NCBI GenBank assembly: GCA_951406725.2
Contig: OX597824.1
Location: 62,124,001 to 62,188,000 of the forward strand
Length of the DNA stretch: 64,000 nt
Reading direction: 5' to 3'
Source: Octopus vulgaris
Taxonomy: Eukaryota
Part shown: positions 1 to 12,999 of the stretch, piece after piece
Layout: every line of letters begins with the position of its first letter
Position numbering within the stretch: the first letter of the stretch is position 1
Notes under the pieces: generated by a model
Database searches by the model: none
What the model was told of the DNA's origin: nothing
What the model saw: only the letters and a program-made list of their open reading frames with translations
Translations under genes and position numbers: made by a program

Positions 1-598
1 CTAGTAAACTTATGCGTGAAACCTGGTAGACACGCGTACCAATGTGTGTTTAACCGTGTTCGCATATTTATAATGACAGTGGATATACTTAGGGTTTTAG
101 AAAAGCAAATGAGTTGTTACGCTCAAATTACCCGGAAGTAATTTTTCTGCACCGCCTTAAATATGTTTGTGCTCTCTCCGGGAAATATAGGGAAAAACAG
201 ATTTGTCCATTGAAGAATTGTAATACCGACGTCATTTTTAAACCAAATCCAATAAATAGATTAAAATTTACCATACATGAGAAATACACTTTATATTTTT
301 GTTTAATGGGGTTACCACATGATTAAAAAAAACAACTTCACACTTATCCTATTCCCAGCGATTAATATAAAACAAATTGTGGGTTGCATCACTAACTTTA
401 TACATTTATATTTGAGACACAATTGTGTTAGAAGTATCCCAGTTAGAAGTATACTTTTATTAATCTTACTGAGATGACGGGGTGGAATTGTCACCACACA
501 TCACGAATGTGCGCACACACGCACACACAGATATACACACACATTCTCTCACGCCCACGTACACGTCAAACATGTATGTGTGTGTGCGTATTTATATT

Positions 599-643
<45 letters not shown>

Positions 644-831
644 CGCTCGATAAAGAGATATACCTTTCGTACACTACACATAATTTGTCTTAGAGAAATA
701 TCCTTTACCAAAATTGCTCAGCATACACAAATGTAGTTATATATTATGTTCAGTAATTTCAGTGAAAAATATATCGCAGTGATTAATTAAGATGTACATT
801 ATGCGTCACATATAAGTCTTGGCATCGACTG

Positions 832-872
<41 letters not shown>

Positions 873-1035
873 ATTGAAGAGGGAATATGCACAAAGTTTT
901 AATATATTTTAGATGAACAAGTATTATGGTTATCTACGGCTTTCGCTTTCGTTAATTATGACATTGAAATTATTGTGATTTAATATTTTCTTAATACTTT
1001 TTTACCAATGGTGCAACTTGTTAAATGTATACACA

Positions 1036-1069
<34 letters not shown>

Positions 1070-1940
1070 TCGCCGTGAACAGGAATTAATCTACTCTCTT
1101 CGCCACTTGGACTCAACTCTCCTCCCCCTTCATCTAACCCCTCCTCTCTCCTCTCTCCTCTCACACCTACTTGCTCCCTTCACGCCCACGCACCTCTCAT
1201 TTCCTCTCTTGCTCTGACACCTACTTCCTCTCTTCACTCCTATCCACTTTCTCCCTTACACCTTCTCCCTTCATCGACACCCCTCCATCGTTACCCACCT
1301 CTACACATTTCAACCCCACCTATACATCCCATCCCACCCCAAGCCATCCCACACATTCCACTCCCACATACTCCACCCTACCCCACCCTCACCCCAACAC
1401 ACACCCTAGCCTAACATTCCCATTTTCGCCTCCACATACCCATTCTTACTACCCCACTATCGCCTCCCCACACCCCAACAACACACACCATATCATATCG
1501 TGCCACATAACACCACACACCACCATAACACTCCACATCACACCACCCCGCGCACACTAGCATTGACCACACTGACCACATCCTAGCACCCAAACATCTT
1601 CCACACACCTACACATGCACACGCACACGTCAAGGCCACCAGCCCTTATCCACACGCATATACACGCTCTCATATACACACGCATGCTCACCTTCGTTTT
1701 GGGATCACCACAAATTTATTATCTCCCCTGCTTTCTACCTCTCCTGTCTGGCCACCTCTGTTCGGCATTCGCCATGACTGATCGCTAGCCACTAAACCTT
1801 TTTTCTCTCTGTTTCTTTCTGTGTTCCCTTCTGTTCTGGAAACGTAAAAGATTTTCTCACTTCCCGACCGTTAAAATAATACATTTGTTGTTTACACACC
1901 CGTCTTTGTTTTTTTGTTTTGGCTGTTTTTTGTAAATTCC
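1070..1940 (+). mobile_element. Penelope-like element 3' remnant (GIY-YIG C-terminus, C-rich 3' UTR, broken hammerhead)
   Basis: RREQELIYSL then frameshifted PLGLN resembles the PLE endonuclease C-terminus; long C/A-rich tail; GAAAC-GTA remnant near 1839-1846. Confidence 0.55.
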
Positions 1941-2211
1941 AAATATATATATATACACATATAATGTATATATATATGTATATATATATATATGTATATA
2001 TATATATAAATATATATATATATAAATAGATGAGTGTATTTTACCTTGTTAACAATTAACACGGATAAATGAATGAATAGTTACCAGGGCAGCAAAATCT
2101 CACAAGTAAAGATGTTGTAACTCCTTGTTTATAAAGGTTGAAACTTCGTGTTTACGTTGAATATTTGAATAATAGGAATAAAAATGGAGTCAACGCAGGT
2201 TTAAACAAGTA

Positions 2212-2310
2212 TTTTTTCTTTCTACATATGTTTCAAAAATTCCACTGATACTTATTCAAAAGAATAAAAGGTATAAACAATGCAATCTTCTCTTCGGGAA
2301 AGTGAAAAAA
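2212..2310 (-). ncRNA. Type I hammerhead ribozyme motif (U4C core variant)
   Basis: TTTTTTCACTTTC-CCGAAGA-long stem II-GAAACATATGTA-GAAAGAAAAAA; palindromic stem III ACATATGT. Confidence 0.7.
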
Positions 2311-2503
2311 CGAAACTTGTCAATACGACATTTTAGCAAAAAATGATGGATTCGTATAGCGATAGACAGAACGCTATTAATATTGTTTAAAAAAACGTTA
2401 TATGATATAACGTCATAAGTAGCTAACAGAAAGAGTAGGGATATTAATAGTGAATGTTAAATATAAAGGAAATTAAAGTCTAAACTATATATAATGATAG
2501 AGA

Positions 2504-3547
2504 CTACTTATATGCACTAAAAGTATGCTTTTGCCAATGCTTACATCTGTATGCTCGTTCTATAACCGTGTTTACTAGAGTATTTTTAGAAAAAATAATG
2601 AAAAATAGCTCAGAATTGCAGAGAAGACAGAATTTCTTGCCTTTGTCATATGGTATCGAAATTGAGAGGATCAACCATTCCAAATGAAATTGCTCATTGT
2701 GGTCTTTTAAATTCCAAATCAGTTTGCTGAGACCGGTACTATTCCGTTTATTTCTATCTCTAAATGTTGAGTAATGGATAGAAATTCTCTTAGATAACTC
2801 TAACGATGTGCTTCCAATGTAAAATCGTACTTTATTACGAGTACTGATTATACACTGGTATATAGAATTTTTAATCTTAGAGTTACTTGACATAAATTTA
2901 ATTCTATTGGGATTGACTTCAGATACAATAACCTTGTTATTAATATTTCTAGAGGGTTGGATGGTAGTAGCTAAATTAATGTTAGTATTAGTAAATGTAT
3001 TAATATTTAACAGTTTGCTATTATGAGAAGATATAATTTGCAAGAGATTTTTTGTGTTTGAAAAACCTATCCTAACCTTATGTGAATTAATTATAGAGTA
3101 ATATCTAGAATTATTTGGAAAATTCCTAGCAATAGCTTGACGAAACAGCAGTGGGAGATTAGATTTAATTTGTCTCCCGTAAGGAATTATTAACCAAATA
3201 TTTTTACTAGTATTCATAGCGTAATTACTTTTGAAGGTGTTATATTTACTTTTAGATCGGTAATAGGGGAATAAATAAGGGTTATCTGCCTTCATTCGCT
3301 TTGTATCGGTGCGTAAGTTATGTTTGTTATCAATAATTCTTTTACGACTAGAAATCTTATCTACATTATTGAATTTACAATTAGACTGAGCAGAATCAAT
3401 GTAGAAAATTTTTTCCGTATAACCTGCTTTGATTAAGGCAGAGTTATAGAATTCAGCGTTATTATTGAAAATATCAACATTAGCAGATAATTTAGATAAT
3501 CTAAATGAAATATTCTTAACTAAATTCTTAGTAATTGCTCCAGGATA
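2504..3547 (-). CDS. PLE RT-thumb/GIY-YIG endonuclease, 5'-truncated open frame of ~347 codons
   Basis: Frame stays open upstream of the annotated ATG (PGAITKNLVKNISFRLSKLS...YNSALIKAGY); SIYQ...FYIGST...R...H, LSKLIWNLK, CLLCNSE, CKH motifs. Confidence 0.85.
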   Translation of the reverse strand, partial: YPGAITKNLVKNISFRLSKLSANVDIFNNNAEFYNSALIKAGYTEKIFYIDSAQSNCKFNNVDKISSRKRIIDNKHNLRTDTKRMKADNPYLFPYYRSKSKYNTFKSNYAMNTSKNIWLIIPYGRQIKSNLPLLFRQAIARNFPNNSRYYSIINSHKVRIGFSNTKNLLQIISSHNSKLLNINTFTNTNINLATTIQPSRNINNKVIVSEVNPNRIKFMSSNSKIKNSIYQCIISTRNKVRFYIGSTSLELSKRISIHYSTFRDRNKRNSTGLSKLIWNLKDHNEQFHLEWLILSISIPYDKGKKFCLLCNSELFFIIFSKNTLVNTVIERAYRCKHWQKHTFSAYK

Positions 3548-3655
3548 TGTATATATTTCTATACTTATATATGCATATGTATATATATATATATTTATAT
3601 ATATATATGTTTATATGTATATAAAAAACTGTGACTTTCATCAATTTGTAGTCGA

Positions 3656-3942
3656 TTAAATAAGTATCAATTCCACACTTGGGTCGATATAATCGACTTA
3701 ATCCGTTTGTCTGTCCTTTTTGTCCCCTTTCTGTTCAGCTCCTTGTGGGTAGTAAAGAAATAGGTATTTCGTTTACCGCTACGTTCTGAGTTCAAATTCC
3801 ACCGAGGTCGAATTTGCCTTTCATCCTTTCGGGGTCGATGAATTAAGTACCAGTTACGCATTGGTGTCGATGTAATCTACTTAACCAGTTTGTCTGTCCT
3901 TGTTTGTCCTCTACGTTTATCCCCTTGTGGGTACTAAAGAAA
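3656..3942 (+). mobile_element. SINE family A, ~1.5 tandem partial copies
   Basis: GTTCTGAGTTCAAATTCC..GAGGTCGA..CCTTTCGGGGTCGAT core; 3' half repeated. Confidence 0.8.
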
Positions 3943-3994
3943 AATATATACGTATATATATATGTATATGTATATATGTATATGTATATATATG

Positions 3995-4057
<63 letters not shown>

Positions 4058-4065
4058 ATTATTCA

Positions 4066-4345
4066 TAAATATATGAGAGTGTCCACTATGTAGTCGCCCT
4101 TGCGCTAAAAATAGATCCGCTATGGTCTCAACCACCAAGAATTGTTTCCAAAGAGAACTATGAACGTAAACGAGCCGGACAAAAGAAAAATAACAAAAAT
4201 GTAGATTAATTCTAGACAATTGTTTCGCTGTTAATGGATTATGCAATATTACTTACATAATATATCTTCAGCTCTTCATAGAATTTGTCGTGAATACAAT
4301 TTACTGAACAGCACGCCAGATTTTAACATAACGTCAAACACATGT
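4066..4345 (+). repeat. Diverged single-arm copy of the fold-back element at 30797-31262
   Basis: Aligns by eye to the left arm and spacer (atatgagag..ccactatg..gctaaaaatagatcc..aattgtttcc). Confidence 0.75.
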
Positions 4346-4498
4346 GTAGTTCAGTCTATTATATTCGCAGTTATGATTCGAATGCCCTCGTTATAGCGCG
4401 CCCAAAAAATTCCCGGAAACAAATACTGCATAAATAATTTACTGCAGTACAATTAAAATCAAAAATAAGGGTGAAAAAATTGGATATTAATATATATA

Positions 4499-4579
<81 letters not shown>

Positions 4580-4715
4580 CTATGTATATAAATGTAGATA
4601 CATAAAAATATATATTGCAACACTCTAAAGAAAGGGATTCTTTTAAACGGATGTGTATTTCATCCAAATAACTATTACGTTAGTTTAATACCACATAAAT
4701 ATGGGTAAATTTCAA

Positions 4716-4980
4716 ATTACAAACAATAAATTAAATATGGAGATTCAATCGACAATCCAATAATCTATTTATATTATAACATAATATACTATGGATATAA
4801 TATAATATAAGATAACATAAAAAAATCATTACAATCAAAACAGCCACTAATTTGTTTAAACTTATTTTTTTAATGATGTTTATGTTATATTATATTCATA
4901 TTATGTTATGTTATATTGTAATATAAATAAATTAGTGGATTGTCAACTGAATTTCTCTATTTAATTCATTGATTATAAAT
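4716..4980. repeat. Imperfect inverted repeat, ~115-bp arms
   Basis: ttaaatatggagattcaatcgacaatcca.. versus ..tggattgtcaactgaatttctctatttaa. Confidence 0.7.
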
Positions 4981-4995
4981 ATATATGCGTGTGTT

Positions 4996-5035
<40 letters not shown>

Positions 5036-5305
5036 CATACCCAAACACACATATAGCAGAGTATATGGAATGACTGTCTATGGGATAAGAATATCCGTTC
5101 TTAGTATCGGTATCATTTACCTATACTGTCTCTGAGCATGTGTATTCAAGCACACTATCCTCATAGGGTACAGGTAAAAAAATGAATAAAGAAGTTTATC
5201 AGGAATCAAATTTAAACAAGCAGAAAATGGCAAAATCTTTTGATCAACAAACAAATTGATCAACTTCGGTTAATTATTTTTCATACAAAACATAACATTA
5301 CATAA

Positions 5306-5850
5306 CATTACTTACGCCCGTTTCGGCTGCCGATGTCAATCAGTGTTTAAAAGAAATTTCAGAAAATAATATTCGCCAGCTTTATAGCACTTTCGGTATT
5401 GTACATGGAGCTTCATTAGAGTGAATACAAATACATAAAATAGAATAAAATACATGAAGAGAAGAGGAAAGAACAGGGCCTACAGAAGAGGCCAGAAATG
5501 CTCAATATATTAGGATCTTACCATTTTGCAGTGCGAAGCTAGATTAAAATGAGCTAGGGAAATAATTTATTCGTTATCGCTTTATGTAGGGGTACCAGGG
5601 TGTATATATAGCACTAGGATAAATCTAGTGCTTAAGTAAAACAGGATTCATCAATATGTCTAGAAAACGAATAGTACTTATGATTAATATTTATCCAAAA
5701 CCAAACTCGTAGGGGTTTTTTTTTTAATGATGTACTTAGGCAAATATTCTAGAGACCAAACACCCATTGTCCGTAATGGAACTGACCATAGTCCTGCAAT
5801 TGGTCGGTTATATGTAAACCAAGGGCAAATTAAGACCGTAGCAGGGGTAA
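5306..5850 (-). mobile_element. Degenerate PLE remnant with a degenerate hammerhead at 5306-5428
   Basis: TIRFLDIL RT motif near 5650; ATTCACT-CTAATGA-long stem II-GAAACGGGCGTA-AGTAAT. Confidence 0.5.
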
Positions 5851-6914
5851 GTAAAGAAGAAAAAAAGAGGAAAAGATGAACCAGTAAATGAAAAGGTATA
5901 GGGGAGAAAACTATGTCACACGTGGCACGAGACCACTTATGCTCTTCTACACCATCTCATCATCAGAAAATAAAAATAATAAAAAGCACAAATAATATAA
6001 GAACTAGCAATCACTAGGCCTACCGACTTTTTTACAGTTAAAGGGAGACTACTGATAGAGAGGTGATTGCTAGTGGAAATTACCTTCGAAATATAATGCA
6101 GAATCTGTCATCTTATATAGCCAGCATACTTCCAAGTGGTAATAATACTAGTCGAACAAGTGAATTATACACGTTCCTGAGTGCATTCTTCCTCTTAGAT
6201 ATACGAGAGGGCAAAAGTAAAAAACCCCCACATAATTTAAAAAAATGCAAATTAAATCACATGATAGTTACAAACATGCTAATAAACTGCATATCCTACC
6301 ACAGTTTACTAAATCTTACTTAATATATATTATATTATTAAAATTATATATATATATACATGCGCACAGACACATACACACATATACACCTATATATATT
6401 TGCGCATGTACATACACAGAACTTTATACCATCAAATATATATGTGTTCCAAGTAGAGAATGCGTCGCTTGTATTTTGTGACACCCAAGTATTTTATTGT
6501 GAGAATACTTTTGATGAACAGGCAGTGAAAAGCCACGTTCCTGTTCATGAATATTTATGAATATTATTACTTTCGAGATCTATATTCCAGTTGCTTCTAT
6601 ATATTCCAGTTGCTTCAATTCCTATGCAGATGCCCGTATAATTTCTTTGCAAACTGCAAGTAAATTGATGGTTGCGAAATTCCTATTGTTGGGGATTTCA
6701 ATTATCAATCAAATGCATACCCACCCCATACAGGCATATGACATGAATCTAGAATAGCGCATTTATAAACATATAACGCAATAGATACAGCAGGTCACTA
6801 AATAAATGAGGATCCAACAGTAATGACAATCTATCATTTTAATTTAGATTCAATTGAATATAAGATCCTTTTAAGCCTGAACGTTGGTGTAGAAGACTTT
6901 AGAAATAATTACTC

Positions 6915-7120
6915 CTACTATAGGATACAGGCCTGAATTTTGGGGGAGAAGGCCAGTCAATTAGATCGACCCCAGTACGCAACTGGTACTTATTTTATTA
7001 ACTCCTAACAGATGAAAGGCAAAGTCGACCTCGGCGGAATTTGAACTCAGAAAGTAATGACGGGCGAAATAACACTAAGCATTTTACCCGGTGTGCTAAC
7101 GATTCTGCCAGCTCACCGCC
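6915..7120 (-). mobile_element. SINE family A (tRNA-derived)
   Basis: Head GGCGGTGAGCTGGCAGAATCGTTAGCAC, B-box-like GAGTTCAAATTCC. Confidence 0.9.
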
Positions 7121-7199
7121 TAGACCATGGAAATAATAAACTAGACTTGAACTTGTACAAAACTATAAATGAAACCTCACTATTTATGGATACAATGAG

Positions 7200-7410
7200 T
7201 CAACGAAGGGGTAGAATCGTTAGCAGAGCAGGCGAAATTCTACGCGTACTTCATCTGTTCACATTCTGCATTGAAATTCCGCCGAAGTCGACTTTGACTT
7301 TTATGTTTCCTTCGGGCTTAATAAAATAATTGCCAATTCAGCACTGGGGTCGATCTTAATCGACTTACCCCTCTCCTAAAACTCCTGGTCCTGTGCCAAA
7401 ATTGAATCGA
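7200..7410 (+). mobile_element. SINE family A
   Basis: Same head and core as the other copies. Confidence 0.85.
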
Positions 7411-7427
7411 ATATTTATGGCTACAAG

Positions 7428-7652
7428 TCAAAGAGCTGGAAGAATCATTAGTACGTCAGAAAAAAAGGAAGCGTAATGGAATTTCGCCCATCTTCATGTT
7501 CTGAGTTCAATTTCCGCCGAGGTCGACCTCACCATTTATTCTTGTTTCGCTAATGATTCTTTTGATAAAATAATTACTATTTAAGCATAAGGATCAATGT
7601 AATTGACTTAATCCTCCCCCGAAATGGCTGGAATTGTGCCAAAGCATAGCAC
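7428..7652 (+). mobile_element. SINE family A
   Basis: Same head and core. Confidence 0.85.
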
Positions 7653-8047
7653 CAACACTTATGGATACAATAGGAGTTTGAGCTTCTTTGTTGATGTGTC
7701 GAGTACCACATAGCTACACTAATGAACTTGAAGAGAAATGGTGCACTTACGGAAAGTTACTTAGGTATAACTATATAAAATTTTTTATCTAGAGATAGTA
7801 TATAGAGATATACCATCAGCAGTAGCTCTGCTGAAATTCCTAACGGAACCCATCCCAAGCAGTACGAATCAAATACGTGTGAGTACATGCATTCTCTATG
7901 TATTATAATGCTTATGCATATTTATATATACACAATTAGACAAATATACATATAAACATATGCATACATTCCTACTTACATACATACACGCATACATATA
8001 TATACATACATATATACATATATATATACATATACATACATATACAG

Positions 8048-8101
<54 letters not shown>

Positions 8102-8176
8102 CTATGTATATGTATATGCATCCAGGCTATTCTTATTGCATTTTATCTTGATTTATTCTGCTAAATGACTATATCT

Positions 8177-8352
8177 GTTTCTTTATTACCCACAAGGAAC
8201 TAAATAATAGAGGGGGCAAACAAGGAGAGACAAACGGATTAAGTCGATAAAATCGACCCCAGTTCGTAACTGGTACTTAATTTATCGACCCCGTAAGGAT
8301 GGAAGGCAAAGTCGACCTCGGCGGAATTTGAACTCAGAACGTAACAACAGAC
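8177..8352 (-). mobile_element. SINE family A, partial
   Basis: Reverse complement of the 3770-3940 unit. Confidence 0.85.
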
Positions 8353-8699
8353 ACAATGACTATATCTCCAAAGGGATTTACGTAAGTGTTTGTGTGTTCG
8401 CATATTTGTTTGTATGTGTATGCTTGAGTGTTACGATTATATTCAAATAGAGAGAATATATTTAGAGCGACGAAATTTCATTATATTGACTCAACTTCGA
8501 CACTATATTGCCCTTGTTTAATATGTATCTAAAAGTAGTTTTCTCGTAGGAAGAAACCTTCTTTTCATATGAAAACATAACTGTAATATATTTCTTTAAT
8601 AATTGCCTTCCATTTCCATGGCAAAGTGGGTTAGTGTTATTCTAGGTCGTAATATGTCCCTCTTATTACAACATATGTGGATTTCATTTTGCAGATTTT

Positions 8700-9320
8700 T
8701 GGCTAAAATCTGGATATGGTAATTGGCCCCAAAAAGAGACATTTCTTAAGTTCAATGTGCTTATGTTCCTGCGTATTTGTGGCTAAGGATTAGCAATATT
8801 GAGCTTAATGGCCAGAAAAATCTCTGAGGGTAACTATTATGCATACTGTGGACCGTGATAGACGATGAAATGTTATTGGAAAAGAAACCGATACGATGCG
8901 GAGATATTGTATTATACTCTTGATTCGTAATCAATGTTTTTCGAAATATATTAACTTGCTTCTGCAGTCTAACGAATAACGGCATAGCACTTTCTGATTT
9001 GAGGTATTTATTTTTAATACCTATGGAAAAATTTGTGGAATGAGTCAGTATACGTCATGTAGGTTGCAACAGTTATTCGGATTGCATAGATTAACATCCT
9101 ACTGTAATGTTTATAGATAACAAACCGTTGTTGATGGTTAAGCATGTGATAATGGAGACCTCCGGCGTTTTCGACCCACGGACCATATCCCTGCTCACGT
9201 CTGTCGGGGAGGACATGGCTATCCACAAGTGCGAGCCCCGTGAGTCGGAGTGGGTGTTCTATGTCATCTCCCGTCTCATCTTCTAAGGCAACGTCTTTTC
9301 TATTTTGTCTGTTGGGATTA
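8700..9320 (+). mobile_element. CRE-clade non-LTR retrotransposon remnant (RLE C-terminus)
   Basis: ETSGVFDPRTISLL...EPRESEWVFYVISRLIF*GNVFSIL resembles the CRE C-terminal ET.G.fG...epre...lS....rGNa.sil pattern. Confidence 0.7.
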
Positions 9321-9905
9321 TGCCGTGGTGTGAATTACAGGAAATCGAGAGAATGTAGTCTGTTACCACCCACTAAAGGTATTCATATTTGACTCATATT
9401 TGACATAAAATAATACGTTATATCAGTTTACAGTACTACACGTATTATTCCAACGCAGTCTTATCGAATGGTTCCCAGTAATACGCTGCAATTATATTCA
9501 TAAATATCATTTCCGTAAATTATGTCTAATACAATTATATATAAATTTTACGTTGTTAAATGTTAATGTTCGTTGTATTTTGAATGAAACAACCATTCAC
9601 CATGAAAGTCATTTAATTTGTCTAATCAGACACACTGTGATAGTTAAATGAAACATTGGGAAGTGAAATAAAATAAAATGTCTGTTTGTCGACAGCGCAC
9701 ATGGAAAGAAATCTCACAGTTGTTTTATTCTCAATCGGGAATTTTTAGTTAGAAGAATATTCTGATAATGAAATAAACTTTAATTTTCTCACATTTTACC
9801 AATAAGCAATAATTACGCAACAATTCGCAATCCCCACATCAAAACAAAGAAAACAATGAGCAAAAACAAACTAGAATTTTTAATATAATCATTCCAACAT
9901 TAGCA

Positions 9906-10043
9906 TTGAAGTCATCATCATCACCATCATCATTTCCTTGGTCGTCATCGCCGTGGTCAATCTCATGCTCCAGCGCTCGCTTTCTTCCTTCCTCCTCTCT
10001 CTTTCTCCTGCTACTCCTCCCCCTCGTTACCATCAACATCATC

Positions 10044-10114
<71 letters not shown>

Positions 10115-10135
10115 TCTCATCATAACCATCATCGC
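9906..10135. repeat. (ATC)n microsatellite and low-complexity region
   Basis: Direct. Confidence 0.95.
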
Positions 10136-10668
10136 CGTCGTTGCAGACATCGTTCATGCATATGATCATAATCTCAATCGTAAAAACCATAGCCTTCATT
10201 ATTTATTTTCACCATCAACTTCACTATCTGAAAAATGTACCAAAAAAAAATCGTCATATCACGTTACACATAATCATCAGTTACTGTTTTTGTCATCTTT
10301 TTTAAATTTTTTCTTCTGACATATCGTTTCATGCTTCTTTAACTTCATAATGAATTAAGTGCCACATTTCGCCTGATCTTAAATACTGTTACCAATTTCT
10401 ATAATGTAATGAAAATATGTTTGCATTTAACATCAAATATTATATCATAGTTAAAGCAATTTTTGTTTTGTTTCCTAGATTTATTCTGTTTACATTATTG
10501 AAATAATATTTTCTATCAACAACTGTTTTATGATAATAAAATCCATTCGAAAAGCAATTACTGATGCAAATATATGTATTCGTGGCAACTCACAACATAG
10601 ACGGTTTGTTCCCACGAAAAGTCTCAATTACGGCTGCGTATTTGTGTTTCGTACTTTATAGTACAATA

Positions 10669-10882
10669 AGACGGTAAGATGGTAGAATCGTTACCACACC
10701 GGACAAAATACTTAGTGACGTTTTGGCACGTCTTTATTTTCTGAATTCAAATTCCGCCGACTTCGACTTTTCTTTAAATCCCTTCCGACGTCGCTCAAAT
10801 AAGTACCAGTGAATTACTGGTGTCGATGTAATCGATTCGTTCCTTTCACCCGAAATTTCTGGCCTTGTGCCAACATTCAGAT
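10669..10882 (+). mobile_element. SINE family A
   Basis: Head and core; flanking tttcgtact..acaat possible TSD. Confidence 0.85.
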
Positions 10883-11984
10883 AAATATTTCGTACTACAA
10901 TGCATTATTCGTGTAGTGCGTATCGGTGTAGGAAATAGTCAAATAGATTGAGCCATCGAATCAGCAAATGAATAATTCATGTCCCGTCACATATTCTGTA
11001 AAATGCACCTTTTAGTTCTAAGCTGGACAATATAACAAGACCAGGTTATTAATGGAAACTGCAAAAACACATTTCAGTTGCCATAAAGTTAAGTCTAATT
11101 GCCAAAACGATATTAGTTAAGGTATAAACTATACATAATTTAGGAAAACGATTTGAACAGATTTCTCTTGTTATACTATTCATTGTTTAAATGTTGGTAA
11201 ATTTTATTGATATAGCATTAAAAAAACATTGATGATTTATCAAGGATTTGCATAGACGCTTTCTGACCTCTAAATTTATTTTCTGATATTAAAAACTCTG
11301 TAATACTCAGTATTGTATATTTGCGTATAATCATTCATTCTATTAATTACCAAGAAATAAATCTTGCTATATAACTCCTAAATATAATTCAAAATTCACC
11401 TCCTTTAAAATAATACGAATAATCATCTGGTGAGGTGAGAAGAATGACATCACACATGTTCAAAATAATTGTTAACTCTACTATTATGTTCTTACATAAT
11501 CTGGAATTTGAGTGTCCATGGATTGCGCCCGAGTGTTTGTAACAAATTAGTTATTGCTAAAATGAGAGGGTAAACACAAATTCCACATCTTGGTATTTTT
11601 TGCTAACTAAATGTTTTAATTCACCTAAAGAAACATTTTTTTTTCTACATGATATAATTGGTTAATTCATCAGTAAAAAAGCCGCGTCTGAAACGGCTGT
11701 AGTGAAGATTAACCCATTTGTGTTTCATTTTTCTTTATATAAATCCCTGCACCATGTTAGATTGTGATCTTACAGTGGATCCTGAAACCGCACGCCGGCG
11801 TGCATTGGAGTATATTTTCATATACATGCACATTTATATGTATGAGACTGATGTGTCCATTGACATTTATATGTAAATGTTTGGACATGTCCGTATATGC
11901 ATGGCTATATGCAGGTGTGTCTGTATATTATTTATACACGGACATACTGATCTCGACTAAGATTTAGTCTCCTTAGCCTGACTG

Positions 11985-12785
11985 AACAAATAAAGAGGCA
12001 GCCATTAATCCTAATCGTTTCGTCAAAAGCGCGGCATAGTCATACAAGGAGAGCTCGCTTCCTGAAAGTTGCCCTATCCTTCGTCGTTATAGTTCAAAAG
12101 GAACTTGAAACTGCTGACGGGAATCCATCTCAGTTAAACACAAAAGGCGTGCACAGAGTCATCATATCACCAAAATACATATATCTTTACTCAAAATGTC
12201 CAAGAAGAGTTCAATATAACCCTCAAGATGCCAGTCAGAGCCATTGCAAATAATTTCAAGGTTTGAGAATACGCCATCAGACTGGTTGTGCATGTGGACA
12301 TCCGATACAATGTCATTTGTTTCTGGAGGATGTGACAAGACTGAATCGTTCGATCCGTGCAAAGTGCTTGCTAAACACGGTTAAAACACGAACAGGTTGG
12401 AATGATTTCGTTTTTACCGATGAGAAATAATTCGTTCAAGACTAAAAAGGAAACCGAAGAGAACTGAATGATTTTCCAATAGTCATACTTACTAAGTGCT
12501 CAGCTAATCTGATCCCTCTAGGAGTTGTCAGCAATGAAGGAGTAGGTAGTCAAGCCTTCTCACGGGGCTTAAGAGTCAATTACGCTATCTATTCAGAGAT
12601 GCTGGAGAATGTAGTGGGGTCCTGGACAGGCAGAGTACGTCACGGGAGACTGTACGCCTTCCTACAAGACTGTGTCGTCTCATAAATCTTGGACAACCCA
12701 CGCGTGGATGCATGCCAAACTCTTTGAACATATTCTCCTAAAACATGATATCCTGCCTCAATAGAACGAAATCCATTGAGCTATT
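11985..12785 (+). mobile_element. Degenerate maT/Tc1-mariner remnant
   Basis: F.DEK, GVVSNEG and QD..H motifs with stops and frameshifts. Confidence 0.6.
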
Positions 12786-12999
12786 ACTCTCTCTCACTCT
12801 CTCTCTCTCTCTCTCTCTCTCTCGAAAAAGAGTGAGAGAGACAGACAGTGAGTGAGAGATATATAGATAAGTTGATAGATATAGGTATATATGTACAAAG
12901 ATAGATATGTCTGGGACTTAGTTTCAACCGGAAAGCTAACGGGAAACACATACACGTACGCATAAACACACACACATTTTCGTTTTTGCAGTTGAATAA

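Larger units (their letters stand above)
2030..3547 (-). mobile_element. 5'-truncated Penelope-like retroelement, Naiad-like, between (TA)n tracts
   Basis: RT thumb, IW..PY linker and GIY-YIG domain; hammerhead motif in the 3' repeat. Confidence 0.9.

Noticed and set aside
1-40. Helitron-like 3' end (hairpin then CTAG) on the minus strand
   Set aside because: At the window edge, with a weak stem and no other support
9117-9286. GC-rich apparent terminal host exon (NKPLLMVKH...ISRLIF*)
   Set aside because: Matches a CRE retrotransposon RLE C-terminus, and the similarity continues past the stop
9839-10319. Poly-His, poly-Met, poly-Ile, poly-Asn and YI-repeat ORFs here and elsewhere
   Set aside because: Translations of (ATC)n, (TAA)n and (TA)n microsatellites
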